Source: Candidatus Gottesmanbacteria bacterium (GTDB lineage Bacteria > Patescibacteriota > Microgenomatia > UBA10105 > UBA927). Taken from it: 64,000 nucleotides of DNA. A program made the translations under genes and the position numbers. The stretch is from assembly GCA_030679255.1 (NCBI GenBank), contig JAUXTO010000013.1, forward strand, positions 18,696-82,695. Reading direction: 5' to 3'. Below, one piece after another: positions 1 through 8,722 of the stretch. The notes beneath the pieces were generated by a model. That model had not been told where the DNA came from. It ran no database searches and worked only from the letters and a program-made list of their open reading frames with translations. Within the stretch, counting starts at the first letter, position 1; each line of letters opens with the position of its first letter.

Positions 1-46
1 GCAGTGCGCTGGTGTTATAACTGGGGATGATAATAGATAAATCCAT
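1..46 (-). CDS. GT2 family glycosyltransferase, 5' end only (runs off window)
   Basis: ATG at 46 reads MDLSIIIPSYNTSAL, a typical GT2 N-terminal strand (SIIIPxYN). Confidence 0.7.
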   Translation of the reverse strand, partial: MDLSIIIPSYNTSAL

Positions 47-59
47 GTTACGTTTTCTC

Positions 60-124
60 GTCATTCCCGCGAAGGCGGGAATCCAGAATTAATGAACTGG
101 ATGCCGGATCAAGTCCGGCATGAC
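60..124. repeat. Composite REP/RPE-like palindromic element (two hairpins inside an outer inverted repeat)
   Basis: GTCATTCCCGCGAAGGCGGGAATCCAG (60-86) and CTGGATGCCGGATCAAGTCCGGCATGAC (97-124); each is a hairpin, and the ends GTCAT/ATGAC and ATCCAG/CTGGAT are complementary. Confidence 0.85.
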
Positions 125-133
125 AAAGAGGTA

Positions 134-712
134 TTACTGAAATAACCTTGCGAATGTTAATGTGTAGCGCAAATCTTTCGACCGGTACCGGATATGTTTG
201 GCTGGGACTCCCCCAACGACACTGTATGGTTCCACATCATGGGTCACGACCGCGCCACTTGCCACCACTGCGCCGCGACCGATATGGACTCCGGGGAGAA
301 TCGTCACCCTGGTACCAACTACCGAATAGTCATCGATCATCACAGCTCCCTCTTCCTCTTTAAAATCCGGATCATCGATGTCATGCTGCATGGTGAAAAT
401 TCTTACTTCACCGGCTATGGAAACATTATTCCCGATGCGAAGCGGTCGCCTTGCCGGTCGGAAAAAATCACGGATATAACTTCCTCCTTTTCGCTTATGC
501 CGTCCGTCAAGGAATGCATCATTACCGATCACCGTATTATGACCAATTTCAACACCAGATGGATTGTTAAATCTCGCAAGCCAATGAATCGAGCTATCCT
601 TGCCTATTTTTATGCGAAACAAATATCGGTAAAGGAGTAGCCTTATGGTATGACTCGGGATAAGCCCGGTCAGAGTACAAAGGAAAACCCAGAAATCTAT
701 AACAATACGCAT
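134..712 (-). CDS. Hexapeptide-repeat (LbH) sugar O-acetyltransferase
   Basis: [25 protein letters not shown]...VGGVPAK motif; start at 712 (MRIVID) preferred because the extension to 766 is translated heptamer repeat. Confidence 0.85.
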   Translation of the reverse strand: MRIVIDFWVFLCTLTGLIPSHTIRLLLYRYLFRIKIGKDSSIHWLARFNNPSGVEIGHNTVIGNDAFLDGRHKRKGGSYIRDFFRPARRPLRIGNNVSIAGEVRIFTMQHDIDDPDFKEEEGAVMIDDYSVVGTRVTILPGVHIGRGAVVASGAVVTHDVEPYSVVGGVPAKHIRYRSKDLRYTLTFARLFQ

Positions 713-717
713 ATTAG

Positions 718-840
718 TAAGCACCAAGCACCAATTTCCAAATCCCAAACAAATTCCAATTTTCAAATTCCAAACGTTTAGGTATTAGTGCTTAGAATTT
801 TGATATTGTTTGTGATTTGGTCATTGGAATTTGGAATTTC
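718..840. repeat. Inverted pair of degenerate 7-mer tandem arrays
   Basis: C/A-rich arm (CAAGCAC CAATTTC CAAATCC...CAAATTC, 718-775) followed by a complementary G/T-rich arm (...TGGTCAT TGGAATT TGGAATT, 776-840). Confidence 0.75.
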
Positions 841-2035
841 GTTCTTGAGCTACCTCTTCCAACACTTCCAACGTTTTTTTTGCCGCAGCCTCCCAAGTAA
901 ATTTACTCACCTGTTCAAGTCCTTTTTTTACTCTCCACTTCCCCTGCATCAAATTTCTATCCCGTACCGCAGAGAGAAGTCCCCGCGTGATACTCTTCGT
1001 GTCACCCGGATCCACGTAAACAGCAGCTTTTCCTGCAATTTCTGGTAAGCTTGATATCCTGCTCACCACGACCGGTACCGATCTCGCCATCGCTTCAAGA
1101 ACCGGCAAACCGAATCCTTCGTAGAGGCTGGGAAGCACAAAACAAAGTGCATGTTCATAAAGACAAGTGAGGTCTTTATCCGGCACAAAATCCAAAAATT
1201 TCACACGGTCAGATATTGCGCACTTCTCCGGAGCCGCAAGTATTTCTTCATAGAGCCACCCTTTCTTTCCGACGATCACCAAATCAATAGCACCGAACCG
1301 TTGTTTATTCGCCTTAAGAAATTCGGCGAATGCCTCAATGAGCCGCACGTAATTCTTCCGGGGCTGCAACGTCCCAACAGAAAGGATGTAGTTTGTTGAA
1401 ATATGATATTTACTTGTTATGGTTTGTTTGGTCATTGTAATTTGGGATTTGTAATTTGTCAGACCTGGGTACGTCACCACTACCTTTTGAGGCGTCACCC
1501 CGTATGCCTTGATTATAGCATTCTTGCTACATTCGCTGATGGTCAGTATGAGACGTGCGCGGGCGGCTGAATACGCCGTCCATTGAGTAAGCTGATACAG
1601 GTCATGCGGCCGGAATAATTCCGTATAATGGAGATAGGATACATCCATAATCGACATAACGCGCGGTACGCGCACAAATCTCGGTATGTAATGCGTAGGA
1701 GAAAATGCCACATCTGCCTTAGGTAAATCAGTTACCAACGCCAACGGCAGACGAAAAAGAGTCCAAAATTTCTTTGGCTGAAGTACGCGGTACTGCCACC
1801 AATCGGTCTGGGTAGGCATATCCGGAAGCGGCGCACTCGGGAGATAGATTCGAAACGTTGTGTTTTGGTGTTCACTTTCGACTTTCCCGCCTGCAACGCT
1901 TTGCGTAGCATTGCGGGCAGGTGACTTTCGACTTTCGACTTGCTCGTAAATATGTTTGAGAATCTCATACGCATATCGACCGATACCCACTCGTTCCCTT
2001 ACATTCGCTTCATAACCATCAATTGCAATTATCAT
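821..2035 (-). CDS. GT4 family glycosyltransferase (WbaZ/MtfB-like) with two in-frame repeat-derived insertions
   Basis: GIGRY, SVGTLQPRKN, PSLYEGFGLPVLEAM motifs. Confidence 0.93.
   Translation of the reverse strand: MIIAIDGYEANVRERVGIGRYAYEILKHIYEQVESRKSPARNATQSVAGGKVESEHQNTTFRIYLPSAPLPDMPTQTDWWQYRVLQPKKFWTLFRLPLALVTDLPKADVAFSPTHYIPRFVRVPRVMSIMDVSYLHYTELFRPHDLYQLTQWTAYSAARARLILTISECSKNAIIKAYGVTPQKVVVTYPGLTNYKSQITMTKQTITSKYHISTNYILSVGTLQPRKNYVRLIEAFAEFLKANKQRFGAIDLVIVGKKGWLYEEILAAPEKCAISDRVKFLDFVPDKDLTCLYEHALCFVLPSLYEGFGLPVLEAMARSVPVVVSRISSLPEIAGKAAVYVDPGDTKSITRGLLSAVRDRNLMQGKWRVKKGLEQVSKFTWEAAAKKTLEVLEEVAQERNSKFQ
1422..1459. repeat. In-frame 7-mer array (encodes TNYKSQITMTKQ)
   Basis: 1427-1450 matches 816-839 at 22/24 nt; lies in the GT4 interdomain linker. 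Confidence 0.65.
1874..1941. repeat. ACTTTCG 7-mer array interrupted by a 36-bp GC-rich hairpin, in frame in GT4
   Basis: ACTTTCG ACTTT-[CCCGCCTGCAACGCTTTGCGTAGCATTGCGGGCAGG]-TG ACTTTCG ACTTTCG ACTT; translated VESRKSPARNATQSVAGGKVES. Confidence 0.85.
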
Positions 2036-2577
2036 AGGTATCCCGGATAAACAACCTGTAATCTATTCTCTGGAATATTTAACAATTTACCAACGTCATT
2101 CTTTGTCGATTGTGAATCACAAAGGATAGTCTTGCATTCGCGTTTTATCCATGCAAGGCGTCGACCTTGTACCTCGAGGATACGTTTGGCAAACGTTTCG
2201 GGGTAACGCAAAAAACTCACATCATGGATGGTTGTGACTCCTAGAGCATGAGCCAGCGGAGGCTGTGTCCAGTCGCTGCTCCAAAAAACATCTATCGGGC
2301 CGGTGAACCACTCAACGGGTACGATATGAAGCGTATTCCAGATGAATTCCAGGAATGTAGGAGGAATCGGAACTGCCACTAAACGGATCCGGGAACTGCC
2401 CTCGCGCACCTCTTCAAAATACGCTTTAATGAAGGAAAGTTTCCGCAGTGAAGCACCAAAAAGAACATACTCGTTCTTCTGGTCAATGGCGAGGAGTGCT
2501 TTCACGAGATGACGGACATATTCGCCTACCCCCGTTCCCTCATGCACGATCTGGCTGATATCGATACCTATTTTCAT
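2032..2577 (-). CDS. Stand-alone N-terminal domain of a GT4 glycosyltransferase
   Basis: MKIGID...GTGVGEY...TTIHD...CDSQSTKND...VVYPG then stop; no C-terminal EGFG domain; stop overlaps next start (ATGA). Confidence 0.75.
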   Translation of the reverse strand: MKIGIDISQIVHEGTGVGEYVRHLVKALLAIDQKNEYVLFGASLRKLSFIKAYFEEVREGSSRIRLVAVPIPPTFLEFIWNTLHIVPVEWFTGPIDVFWSSDWTQPPLAHALGVTTIHDVSFLRYPETFAKRILEVQGRRLAWIKRECKTILCDSQSTKNDVGKLLNIPENRLQVVYPGYL

Positions 2578-2614
2578 ATGTCTTACGTCCTACATCCTAC
2601 GTCTTATGTCCTAC
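2578..2614. repeat. Five-unit 7-mer tandem array filling the galE/GT4 intergenic gap
   Basis: ATGTCTT ACGTCCT ACATCCT ACGTCTT ATGTCCT AC; same unit as the array at 47705-47747. Confidence 0.85.
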
Positions 2615-3597
2615 TTCTTCCCGTCTTCCAATCTCTTCTGATGCCATTTCCACGCCGTTTCTATGATGGTCGCCAATTCCGGGTATTCTGGTTCCCATCC
2701 GAGCACCGTTCGGGCTTTCTGATTATCCGCCCAGAGTTTGGCGGGGTCTCCGGGACGGCGCGGGGCAAACGAACGCATGACGCGCTGTCCAGTCACGCGC
2801 TCGACCGTATCCAATACTTCCAGATTGCTATATCCCTTCCCAACGCCGAGATTGATGGCTGTGGACTCTCCGCCGCGGGAGAGATACTCAACGGCTTTCA
2901 GATGCGCATGAGCCAGATCTACGACGTGTATGTAATCCCGTATGCATGTGCCATCCGGCGTTTCATAATCATTGCCATAGAGTTCAAATTTTTCCCGTTT
3001 CCCGGAAGCCACGTCAAGGGCGATAGGAATGATGTGAGATTCACGGCCGTGTGCCTCGCCCAAGCTTCCATCCGGAAGAGCCCCGGCAGCGTTAAAATAA
3101 CGAAGGATGACAAAGTTCGTGCTGTAAATCCGTCCATACCACTCAATCATCTCTTCGACCATCCGCTTGCTAGACCCATACACCGAAACCGGCGCAATCG
3201 CCGCATCCTCCATGACCGGTACGTGATCCGGATACCCATAAACAGCACTCGTCGAGGAAAAAATGACAGAAGGATTACCATGTAGCCTGACCGCCTCAAG
3301 CAAATTCAATCCCCCACGGAGATTATTATCAAAATATTCATACGGCTTCTCCATGGACTCTCCAGCGAGAGAGTAGGCAGCAAAATGAACGACCGCATCG
3401 AAAGACTCCGAGGCAAGAGCCTGATCAATATCTTCTTTATTACGGATATCCCCTACGATAAGCTTCGTGTCCCTGACTGCCTGCCTATGCCCGAGAGAAA
3501 GATTGTCAAAGACAACCGTTTCAAATCCCTGCTGCCTCAAAACTGCATTGGTGACGGAACCGATATAGCCTGCCCCCCCAGTGATGAGTATTTTCAT
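2611..3597 (-). CDS. galE: UDP-glucose 4-epimerase
   Basis: TGGAGYIGS, HFAA, YGSSK, LRYFNAAGA, DGTCIRDYIHV, RRPGDP motifs. Confidence 0.93.
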   Translation of the reverse strand: MKILITGGAGYIGSVTNAVLRQQGFETVVFDNLSLGHRQAVRDTKLIVGDIRNKEDIDQALASESFDAVVHFAAYSLAGESMEKPYEYFDNNLRGGLNLLEAVRLHGNPSVIFSSTSAVYGYPDHVPVMEDAAIAPVSVYGSSKRMVEEMIEWYGRIYSTNFVILRYFNAAGALPDGSLGEAHGRESHIIPIALDVASGKREKFELYGNDYETPDGTCIRDYIHVVDLAHAHLKAVEYLSRGGESTAINLGVGKGYSNLEVLDTVERVTGQRVMRSFAPRRPGDPAKLWADNQKARTVLGWEPEYPELATIIETAWKWHQKRLEDGKK

Positions 3598-3603
3598 GTA
3601 CCT

Positions 3604-3825
3604 TTATTCTACCCTATGCGGCCGGATGAGCGAAATGAGAATAAATGTGAGGAAATAGGCCGCTGCGTACCACGTCATCCTCTCTGCGGTAAAAAACGTC
3701 CAAGTCGCGAAAAGTGGTATTGCCAGGACCAGACACCCGAGTCCTACCCACACAAAAAATACTGGGCGGCGGACCAAGAGAAGCACGGCAAATACTATAA
3801 AAAATCCGACATCTTGTGGTTTCAT
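3604..3825 (-). CDS. Small (73 aa) multi-TM membrane protein
   Basis: Hydrophobic MKPQDVGFF... ORF; its ATG overlaps the upstream stop (ATGA 3822-3825) and it fills the operon gap. Confidence 0.65.
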   Translation of the reverse strand: MKPQDVGFFIVFAVLLLVRRPVFFVWVGLGCLVLAIPLFATWTFFTAERMTWYAAAYFLTFILISLIRPHRVE

Positions 3826-4781
3826 AATGACCGGTAATAGGCAATGGTCTTTGAGAGTCCATCGGTGACGGATACGTTCGGTTCCCACGCGAGAACGGTC
3901 TTTGCCTTAGCAATATCCGGCTGGCGTTCATGCGGATCGTCTGTAGGCAATTCCTTGAATATAATTTCGGATGCAGATTTGATCATTTCTTTTATTTTCA
4001 AAGCCAAATCAACCATCCGATATTCTTCCGGATTACCCAAATTTATCACCTCGCCGTTCGTTTTTTCTCCAAACATTGCCTGCATGATGCCATCAACTAA
4101 ATCTGATACATAGCAAAATGACCGTGTCTGGGTCCCATCACCATAGACGGTCATGTGCTCGCCTTTGATCGCCTGGTTCACGAGATTGGATATCACCCGA
4201 CCATCGTCGGACCGCATCCTTGGCCCATAGGTGTTAAAAATACGGATAATGCGCGCATCGAGTTTGTATTTCCGTTGATAAACCATCGTCATCATTTCCC
4301 CGAACCGCTTTGACTCATCATAACATGCTCTGATCCCTACAGGATTCACGTTACCCCAATAGGTTTCCTTCTGTGGATGCTCTTTGGGATCCCCATACAC
4401 TTCCGACGTCGAAGCAAATAGAAATTTCGCACCGGTTTCCTGAGCGACTTCCAAGAGATTTCTCGTGCCAATCGAATTGACGAGCGCAGTTTCTTCAGGA
4501 TATTTTTGGTAATCCACGACCGAGGCAGGTGAAGCGAGATGAAAAATATAAGAAACGTTATTTAATTGTTTTATGGTTTCACGGTTCAATGGTTCTGAAA
4601 CATCATGATCGAGGAAAATAAACTGTGAATTGTCAAATGCATCAGAAAGATTTTCTTTTCTCCCAGTAACTAAATTGTCCACGCAGATGACGCTGTACCC
4701 GGCTCCAAGCAGCTTATCGCAAAGGTGCGAACCGATAAACCCCGCTCCTCCCGTCACCAAGCACGTTTTCTCATCGTTCAT
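3822..4781 (-). CDS. UDP-glucuronate decarboxylase (UXS-like) SDR
   Basis: TGGAGFIGSH, HLASPAS, ASTSEVYGDP, YWGNVNP.G.RACYDESKR, RIFNTYGPRM, QTRSFCYV. Confidence 0.92.
   Translation of the reverse strand: MNDEKTCLVTGGAGFIGSHLCDKLLGAGYSVICVDNLVTGRKENLSDAFDNSQFIFLDHDVSEPLNRETIKQLNNVSYIFHLASPASVVDYQKYPEETALVNSIGTRNLLEVAQETGAKFLFASTSEVYGDPKEHPQKETYWGNVNPVGIRACYDESKRFGEMMTMVYQRKYKLDARIIRIFNTYGPRMRSDDGRVISNLVNQAIKGEHMTVYGDGTQTRSFCYVSDLVDGIMQAMFGEKTNGEVINLGNPEEYRMVDLALKIKEMIKSASEIIFKELPTDDPHERQPDIAKAKTVLAWEPNVSVTDGLSKTIAYYRSL
4557..4594. repeat. In-frame 8-mer array (encodes EPLNRETIKQLNN)
   Basis: Sense strand AACCATTG AACCGTGA AACCATAA AACAATTA AATAAC. Confidence 0.6.
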
Positions 4782-4793
4782 ACTACCATTGTA

Positions 4794-5969
4794 CTACTTC
4801 TTCCATTCACCGGCGAGCCACGACACTGCGGCAATCACGTCATGGATATCTTTCTCCCGCAAATTAGCTCCGAGCGGTAACGACACTGTTCTCTCGCCGA
4901 TAAACTCCGCATGAGGAAACATGTTTTTTTTGAAACCAAAGGTCTTACGGTAGTACTCATGGAGATGGACAGGACTGAAATGAACCCCGCTTCCGATGTT
5001 CATTTTGATCAGTTGATCGACAAAATCATCCCGGGATATCCGTAATTTCTCGAGTCGCAAGAGTATTGCAAATAAATGCCGTGCATGTTTTGTGTTGGGT
5101 GATTCGGCGGCCGGAAGCATGAGTTCCGGTACGCTTGTGAACGCATGCATATACGTTTCCCAATGTTGTTTTCTGATGACCCAATTTTTTTCCACACGGG
5201 CGAGTTGATGGATGCCGATTGATGAGGCAATATCCGTCAAATTGTATTTATATCCTGGAGTAACCGCTTCATAATGCCGGTAGTACCGCACGCTGTACCG
5301 CTTATATGCATCCTGCGATAAACCGTGGAGACTCATAATCCGCATGGACTCGGCAAATTTTTTACTATTTGTCGTTACCATCCCTCCTTCGCCGGTTGCA
5401 ATATTTTTCGTCACATAAAAAGAAAATACGGTGATATCGCCGATCGACCCAATCTTTTTCCGCTTATAGACTGCCTCTGCGGCATGGGCCGCATCCTCAA
5501 CGACAAAAAGCTTATGGCGGCGGGCAATACTCATGATTGCATCCATATCGCAAGGCCGCCCGTGCAGATGGACTGGCAAAATGACTTTTGTCTTGGAAGT
5601 AATCTTTTTTTCAATTTCCTTGGGATCAATATTCCATGTCTCCCGGTCCACATCGGCAAACACTGGGGTGGCGCCACAGTGGAGTATCACGTTGGCTGTA
5701 GACACAAAGGTGAGGGGAGTTGTGATGACTTCGTCGCCCTTCCCCACGCCTAATGCAATGAGGGCGAGATGCAGTCCCGCCGTTGCCGAATTGACACCGA
5801 GCGCGTATTTGGCTTTCGCGTAGTGTGCAAAGGCCGTTTCAAACTCTTCCGTCTTGGGCCCCGTCCCCCACCAACCCGATTTGAGGGTATCCACGACTTC
5901 GGCAATTTCCTCATGGCCGATGTAGGGCTTACCGAAAACCAAAAATGATTTTCTCTGCGGTTTCTTCAT
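4794..5969 (-). CDS. DegT/DnrJ/EryC1/StrS PLP-dependent sugar aminotransferase
   Basis: NSATAGLHLAL, EDAAHA, FSFYVTKNIATGEGG (PLP lysine). Confidence 0.93.
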   Translation of the reverse strand: MKKPQRKSFLVFGKPYIGHEEIAEVVDTLKSGWWGTGPKTEEFETAFAHYAKAKYALGVNSATAGLHLALIALGVGKGDEVITTPLTFVSTANVILHCGATPVFADVDRETWNIDPKEIEKKITSKTKVILPVHLHGRPCDMDAIMSIARRHKLFVVEDAAHAAEAVYKRKKIGSIGDITVFSFYVTKNIATGEGGMVTTNSKKFAESMRIMSLHGLSQDAYKRYSVRYYRHYEAVTPGYKYNLTDIASSIGIHQLARVEKNWVIRKQHWETYMHAFTSVPELMLPAAESPNTKHARHLFAILLRLEKLRISRDDFVDQLIKMNIGSGVHFSPVHLHEYYRKTFGFKKNMFPHAEFIGERTVSLPLGANLREKDIHDVIAAVSWLAGEWKK

Positions 5970-5977
5970 AGTTATTC

Positions 5978-6012
5978 AAGACCACCTCTTGCAAATTGCA
6001 AGAGGTGGTCTT
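5978..6012. repeat. Perfect 17-bp inverted repeat (intergenic hairpin)
   Basis: AAGACCACCTCTTGCAA-A-TTGCAAGAGGTGGTCTT between two co-oriented genes; no long U-tract. Confidence 0.85.
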
Positions 6013-6018
6013 ATGAAA

Positions 6019-6561
6019 TTACGACTTAAATCTTCGTATCACCCTCGCCGGTACCCCTCCCACAAGAGTTTTTGGCGGTACATCCCGGGTCACGACTGCC
6101 CCGGCTCCCACTGCAGCCCCATCGCCTATCGTGAGTCCGGGGAGTATCACGACCCGCGCCCCAACGAAACATCCCCGTTTTAATCTCACTGGTTTGGCTA
6201 TGGAAGGAATCGACGCTTGCAGTGGATGATCTTTATACCCCACGTTTGTATGAGTAAGGATCATGACATCAAGCGACAGTGTCACATCGTCTTCCAGGGT
6301 TATCCTCTCCGCTAAATCCAAGGTTACCTCGTCTCCCAAAAAACAATTATCGCCCATTGAGATCCCACTGATCCCAGTCCTATACAGATTAACGAGACGG
6401 ATCCGTTCTATGACGGTATTTTGTCCAATCTGTGCGCCAAAGAGCCGCAAAATCCACACGCGCATCGGGGAGACAACCATCATGGCAAACAGATACTGCC
6501 AGAGGCTAAATAATCCATAACGGATAGCTTTTTCAATCCCGATTTCTTTGAATGCCATCAT
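6019..6561 (-). CDS. Hexapeptide-repeat (LbH) acyltransferase
   Basis: [32 protein letters not shown]. Confidence 0.88.
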   Translation of the reverse strand: MMAFKEIGIEKAIRYGLFSLWQYLFAMMVVSPMRVWILRLFGAQIGQNTVIERIRLVNLYRTGISGISMGDNCFLGDEVTLDLAERITLEDDVTLSLDVMILTHTNVGYKDHPLQASIPSIAKPVRLKRGCFVGARVVILPGLTIGDGAAVGAGAVVTRDVPPKTLVGGVPARVIRRFKS

Positions 6562-6565
6562 AAAT

Positions 6566-7297
6566 TTACGGTAACAAATATCCTTGTTTAACCAATTGTT
6601 TATGAAATCCCAAGAGGTTCTTTATGTATTCATATGTATCATGGACGAGCCGGACCGACGATTTTTTATCAAAACGGCGGATAAAGAGGACTGGCGCCTC
6701 ACGTATGACGAGTCCTGCGTAGTAGGCATACGTCATAATTTCAGTGTCCCAAAACCAACCATTATGCTTCGTCTTATTGAGAATAGGTAGTATCTTTTTC
6801 CGGTTAAAAAATTTATAGCCGGTCTCCGTATCCTGGAGAGGTATTCCCAACACCGATCGCACGAGCCAGGAATACCCACGGGATAGTATTGACCGATGAA
6901 TAGATGATAACCCTTCACGATACACCCGAAGCCCGGTGACGACATCAGCTTCCCCATCCAGAATCATACGGACAAATGACGGGATATATACCGACGAAAC
7001 TTCAAGATCAATATCGATAAACCCAACAACACCCCCGCGCGCAATGGCAATTCCATCCCGCACCGTTTTTCCCCTCCCTTGATTGACCGGGTGATAGAGT
7101 GCCCGGAAATTTTTGTTCTTTTTGACGAGTGACGCAATGATCTCCCTCGTCCCATCAGTACTTTTATCATCCACAAATATAAGTTCATAGGAAAACACAC
7201 TATCATCCAGCTCCGACGTTATACGGGTAACACTCTCCCGCAGAAGATTTTCTTCGTTATAGCAGGCGATGATGAGAGATAGATCAATATACTTCAT
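6566..7297 (-). CDS. GT2 glycosyltransferase (polyprenol-phosphate glycosyltransferase/DPM-like)
   Basis: [44 protein letters not shown]. Confidence 0.9.
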   Translation of the reverse strand: MKYIDLSLIIACYNEENLLRESVTRITSELDDSVFSYELIFVDDKSTDGTREIIASLVKKNKNFRALYHPVNQGRGKTVRDGIAIARGGVVGFIDIDLEVSSVYIPSFVRMILDGEADVVTGLRVYREGLSSIHRSILSRGYSWLVRSVLGIPLQDTETGYKFFNRKKILPILNKTKHNGWFWDTEIMTYAYYAGLVIREAPVLFIRRFDKKSSVRLVHDTYEYIKNLLGFHKQLVKQGYLLP

Positions 7298-7300
7298 TCG

Positions 7301-7999
7301 TTAAAGAAAATGCATCGTCTTTTTGATTAAACTCTCAAGTTCTCCTATTAGCTTTGCCTTGGCCCAATCTTTTTGTGACTCGGTCAGAACCTCTCCTAGT
7401 CCAACGAGTATTTTCTTTGAGTCCCGGTTCGATACAAATTCCAAAAGTGATTTATAGAAATCTTTCGGCTGCTTACCAGTTCGATGTCTGATGATGTCAT
7501 AATTGATGTCTGTCGCATATGATGAACTTAAAAAATAGTGAATATCAAACAAATCCCTGTTTGCGATACTTTTTCTTTCCATGGAAGCTACCAGCTTGTG
7601 AGCAATCATATCCCGTATATGCATGGTCTTGACGGTTACACCATAAAACGGTAGTAAGCCGTAATGGTTATATGGATTATCCCTGGTCGATATTTCTACC
7701 TTTATGTGCGCCAAACCCAGGCCATAACTTACTACCCAAAACAGAGTATTAAATTTTGTACTATAGTCCTTGATATCGTATTTAGCAGATAATAATTGCG
7801 TCATCTGATCTCCTACCCCATCACTCTGAGACAGGAGATCAAAATCCAAATCTACGGAAAACCGAGGTAACTTATAAAAAAGCATCGCCGCTGTACCGCC
7901 TTTAAAGCCCAAAATAGGGCTCAGTGTGCTATTTTTGTAAATATCGAGCAAAATATTGGTCAGGTGTGTCTTGTGTTTGGTAATATCAAGCGCTTTCAT
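7301..7999 (-). CDS. abiEii: AbiEii-family nucleotidyltransferase toxin (type IV TA) #1
   Basis: FKGGTA, RFSVDLDF, HK, NRDLFD motifs; start overlaps the cognate antitoxin stop. Confidence 0.88.
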   Translation of the reverse strand: MKALDITKHKTHLTNILLDIYKNSTLSPILGFKGGTAAMLFYKLPRFSVDLDFDLLSQSDGVGDQMTQLLSAKYDIKDYSTKFNTLFWVVSYGLGLAHIKVEISTRDNPYNHYGLLPFYGVTVKTMHIRDMIAHKLVASMERKSIANRDLFDIHYFLSSSYATDINYDIIRHRTGKQPKDFYKSLLEFVSNRDSKKILVGLGEVLTESQKDWAKAKLIGELESLIKKTMHFL

Positions 8000-8571
8000 A
8001 CGATGGTATATTTATTGATAAATCCTGCAATAACCGTATTGTTTCCGTACACATCGGTATTCAAATTCCTCATCAGCTCCCAATGAATATCACGCAAATT
8101 GTCAAAAAATGCATCTCCATCCAAATATAATGTATCGCACAGAGCCCGTTCCGGTGTAGCCTTATGGACACCGTCTACAAATATTGTTCCGATATGGTTG
8201 AGCAAAATATCATCTTTGATTTTTCGATAGATATATTTTTGACCATCAACTTCATATATTTCCGATCTCTGGGATACGGCGTATATGTCCGAATAGGGCT
8301 GAAATATGATTCCTACTTCCTGCAATACGGTGTAGAGGCTTATATAGGAAGGAGTTCTAAACTTATTGGCAAACTCTATCCTGGAATAATCGTTGGAAAA
8401 TGCATAAATACCCCGCGTAATTCTTTTTACATCCTTCTTTTTGGTCGCATATTTCAGAGCAGAATACAATTTGGCGCCACTATATCCTGCAACTTGTTGC
8501 GACAAATCAGAAACCAAATAAACAGTTTGACGGGAATTTTTACCTATGGATAACGCTTTTATATACCCCAT
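7996..8571 (-). CDS. abiEi: AbiEi-family wHTH antitoxin #1
   Basis: ITRGIY, PSYISLYTVL, ATPERALCD.LY motifs; directly upstream of AbiEii. Confidence 0.82.
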   Translation of the reverse strand: MGYIKALSIGKNSRQTVYLVSDLSQQVAGYSGAKLYSALKYATKKKDVKRITRGIYAFSNDYSRIEFANKFRTPSYISLYTVLQEVGIIFQPYSDIYAVSQRSEIYEVDGQKYIYRKIKDDILLNHIGTIFVDGVHKATPERALCDTLYLDGDAFFDNLRDIHWELMRNLNTDVYGNNTVIAGFINKYTIV

Positions 8572-8581
8572 ATCACCCCGA

Positions 8582-8610
8582 AGTGTAAATTATTTCCATT
8601 TCCATGTCAA
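8582..8610 (-). promoter_or_regulatory. sigma70-like promoter of abiE operon #1
   Basis: TTGACA-17 nt-TACACT, 10 nt upstream of ATG. Confidence 0.65.
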
Positions 8611-8629
8611 GAGAATCGATTTAAAATAA

Positions 8630-8722
8630 AGACTCAGTGGGCTTTATATGATCAAGTGTTAGCTTACTATACAAAAATGTACAGTATCCTTACATTGATC
8701 ACAAGGAGATCTTTAAACACAG
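8630..8722. repeat. ~95-bp hairpin element, copy 1
   Basis: TGATCAAGTGTT...TACTATACA AAAA TGTACAGTA...TACATTGATCA; 8664-8722 is identical to 10225-10283 (59 bp). Confidence 0.85.

Noticed and set aside
2509-3285. 258-aa plus-strand ORF and other long antisense ORFs (e.g. 31660-32235, 36811-37473, 40579-41115, 41433-41939)
   Set aside because: Shadow frames fully opposite well-supported genes, with no recognisable motifs
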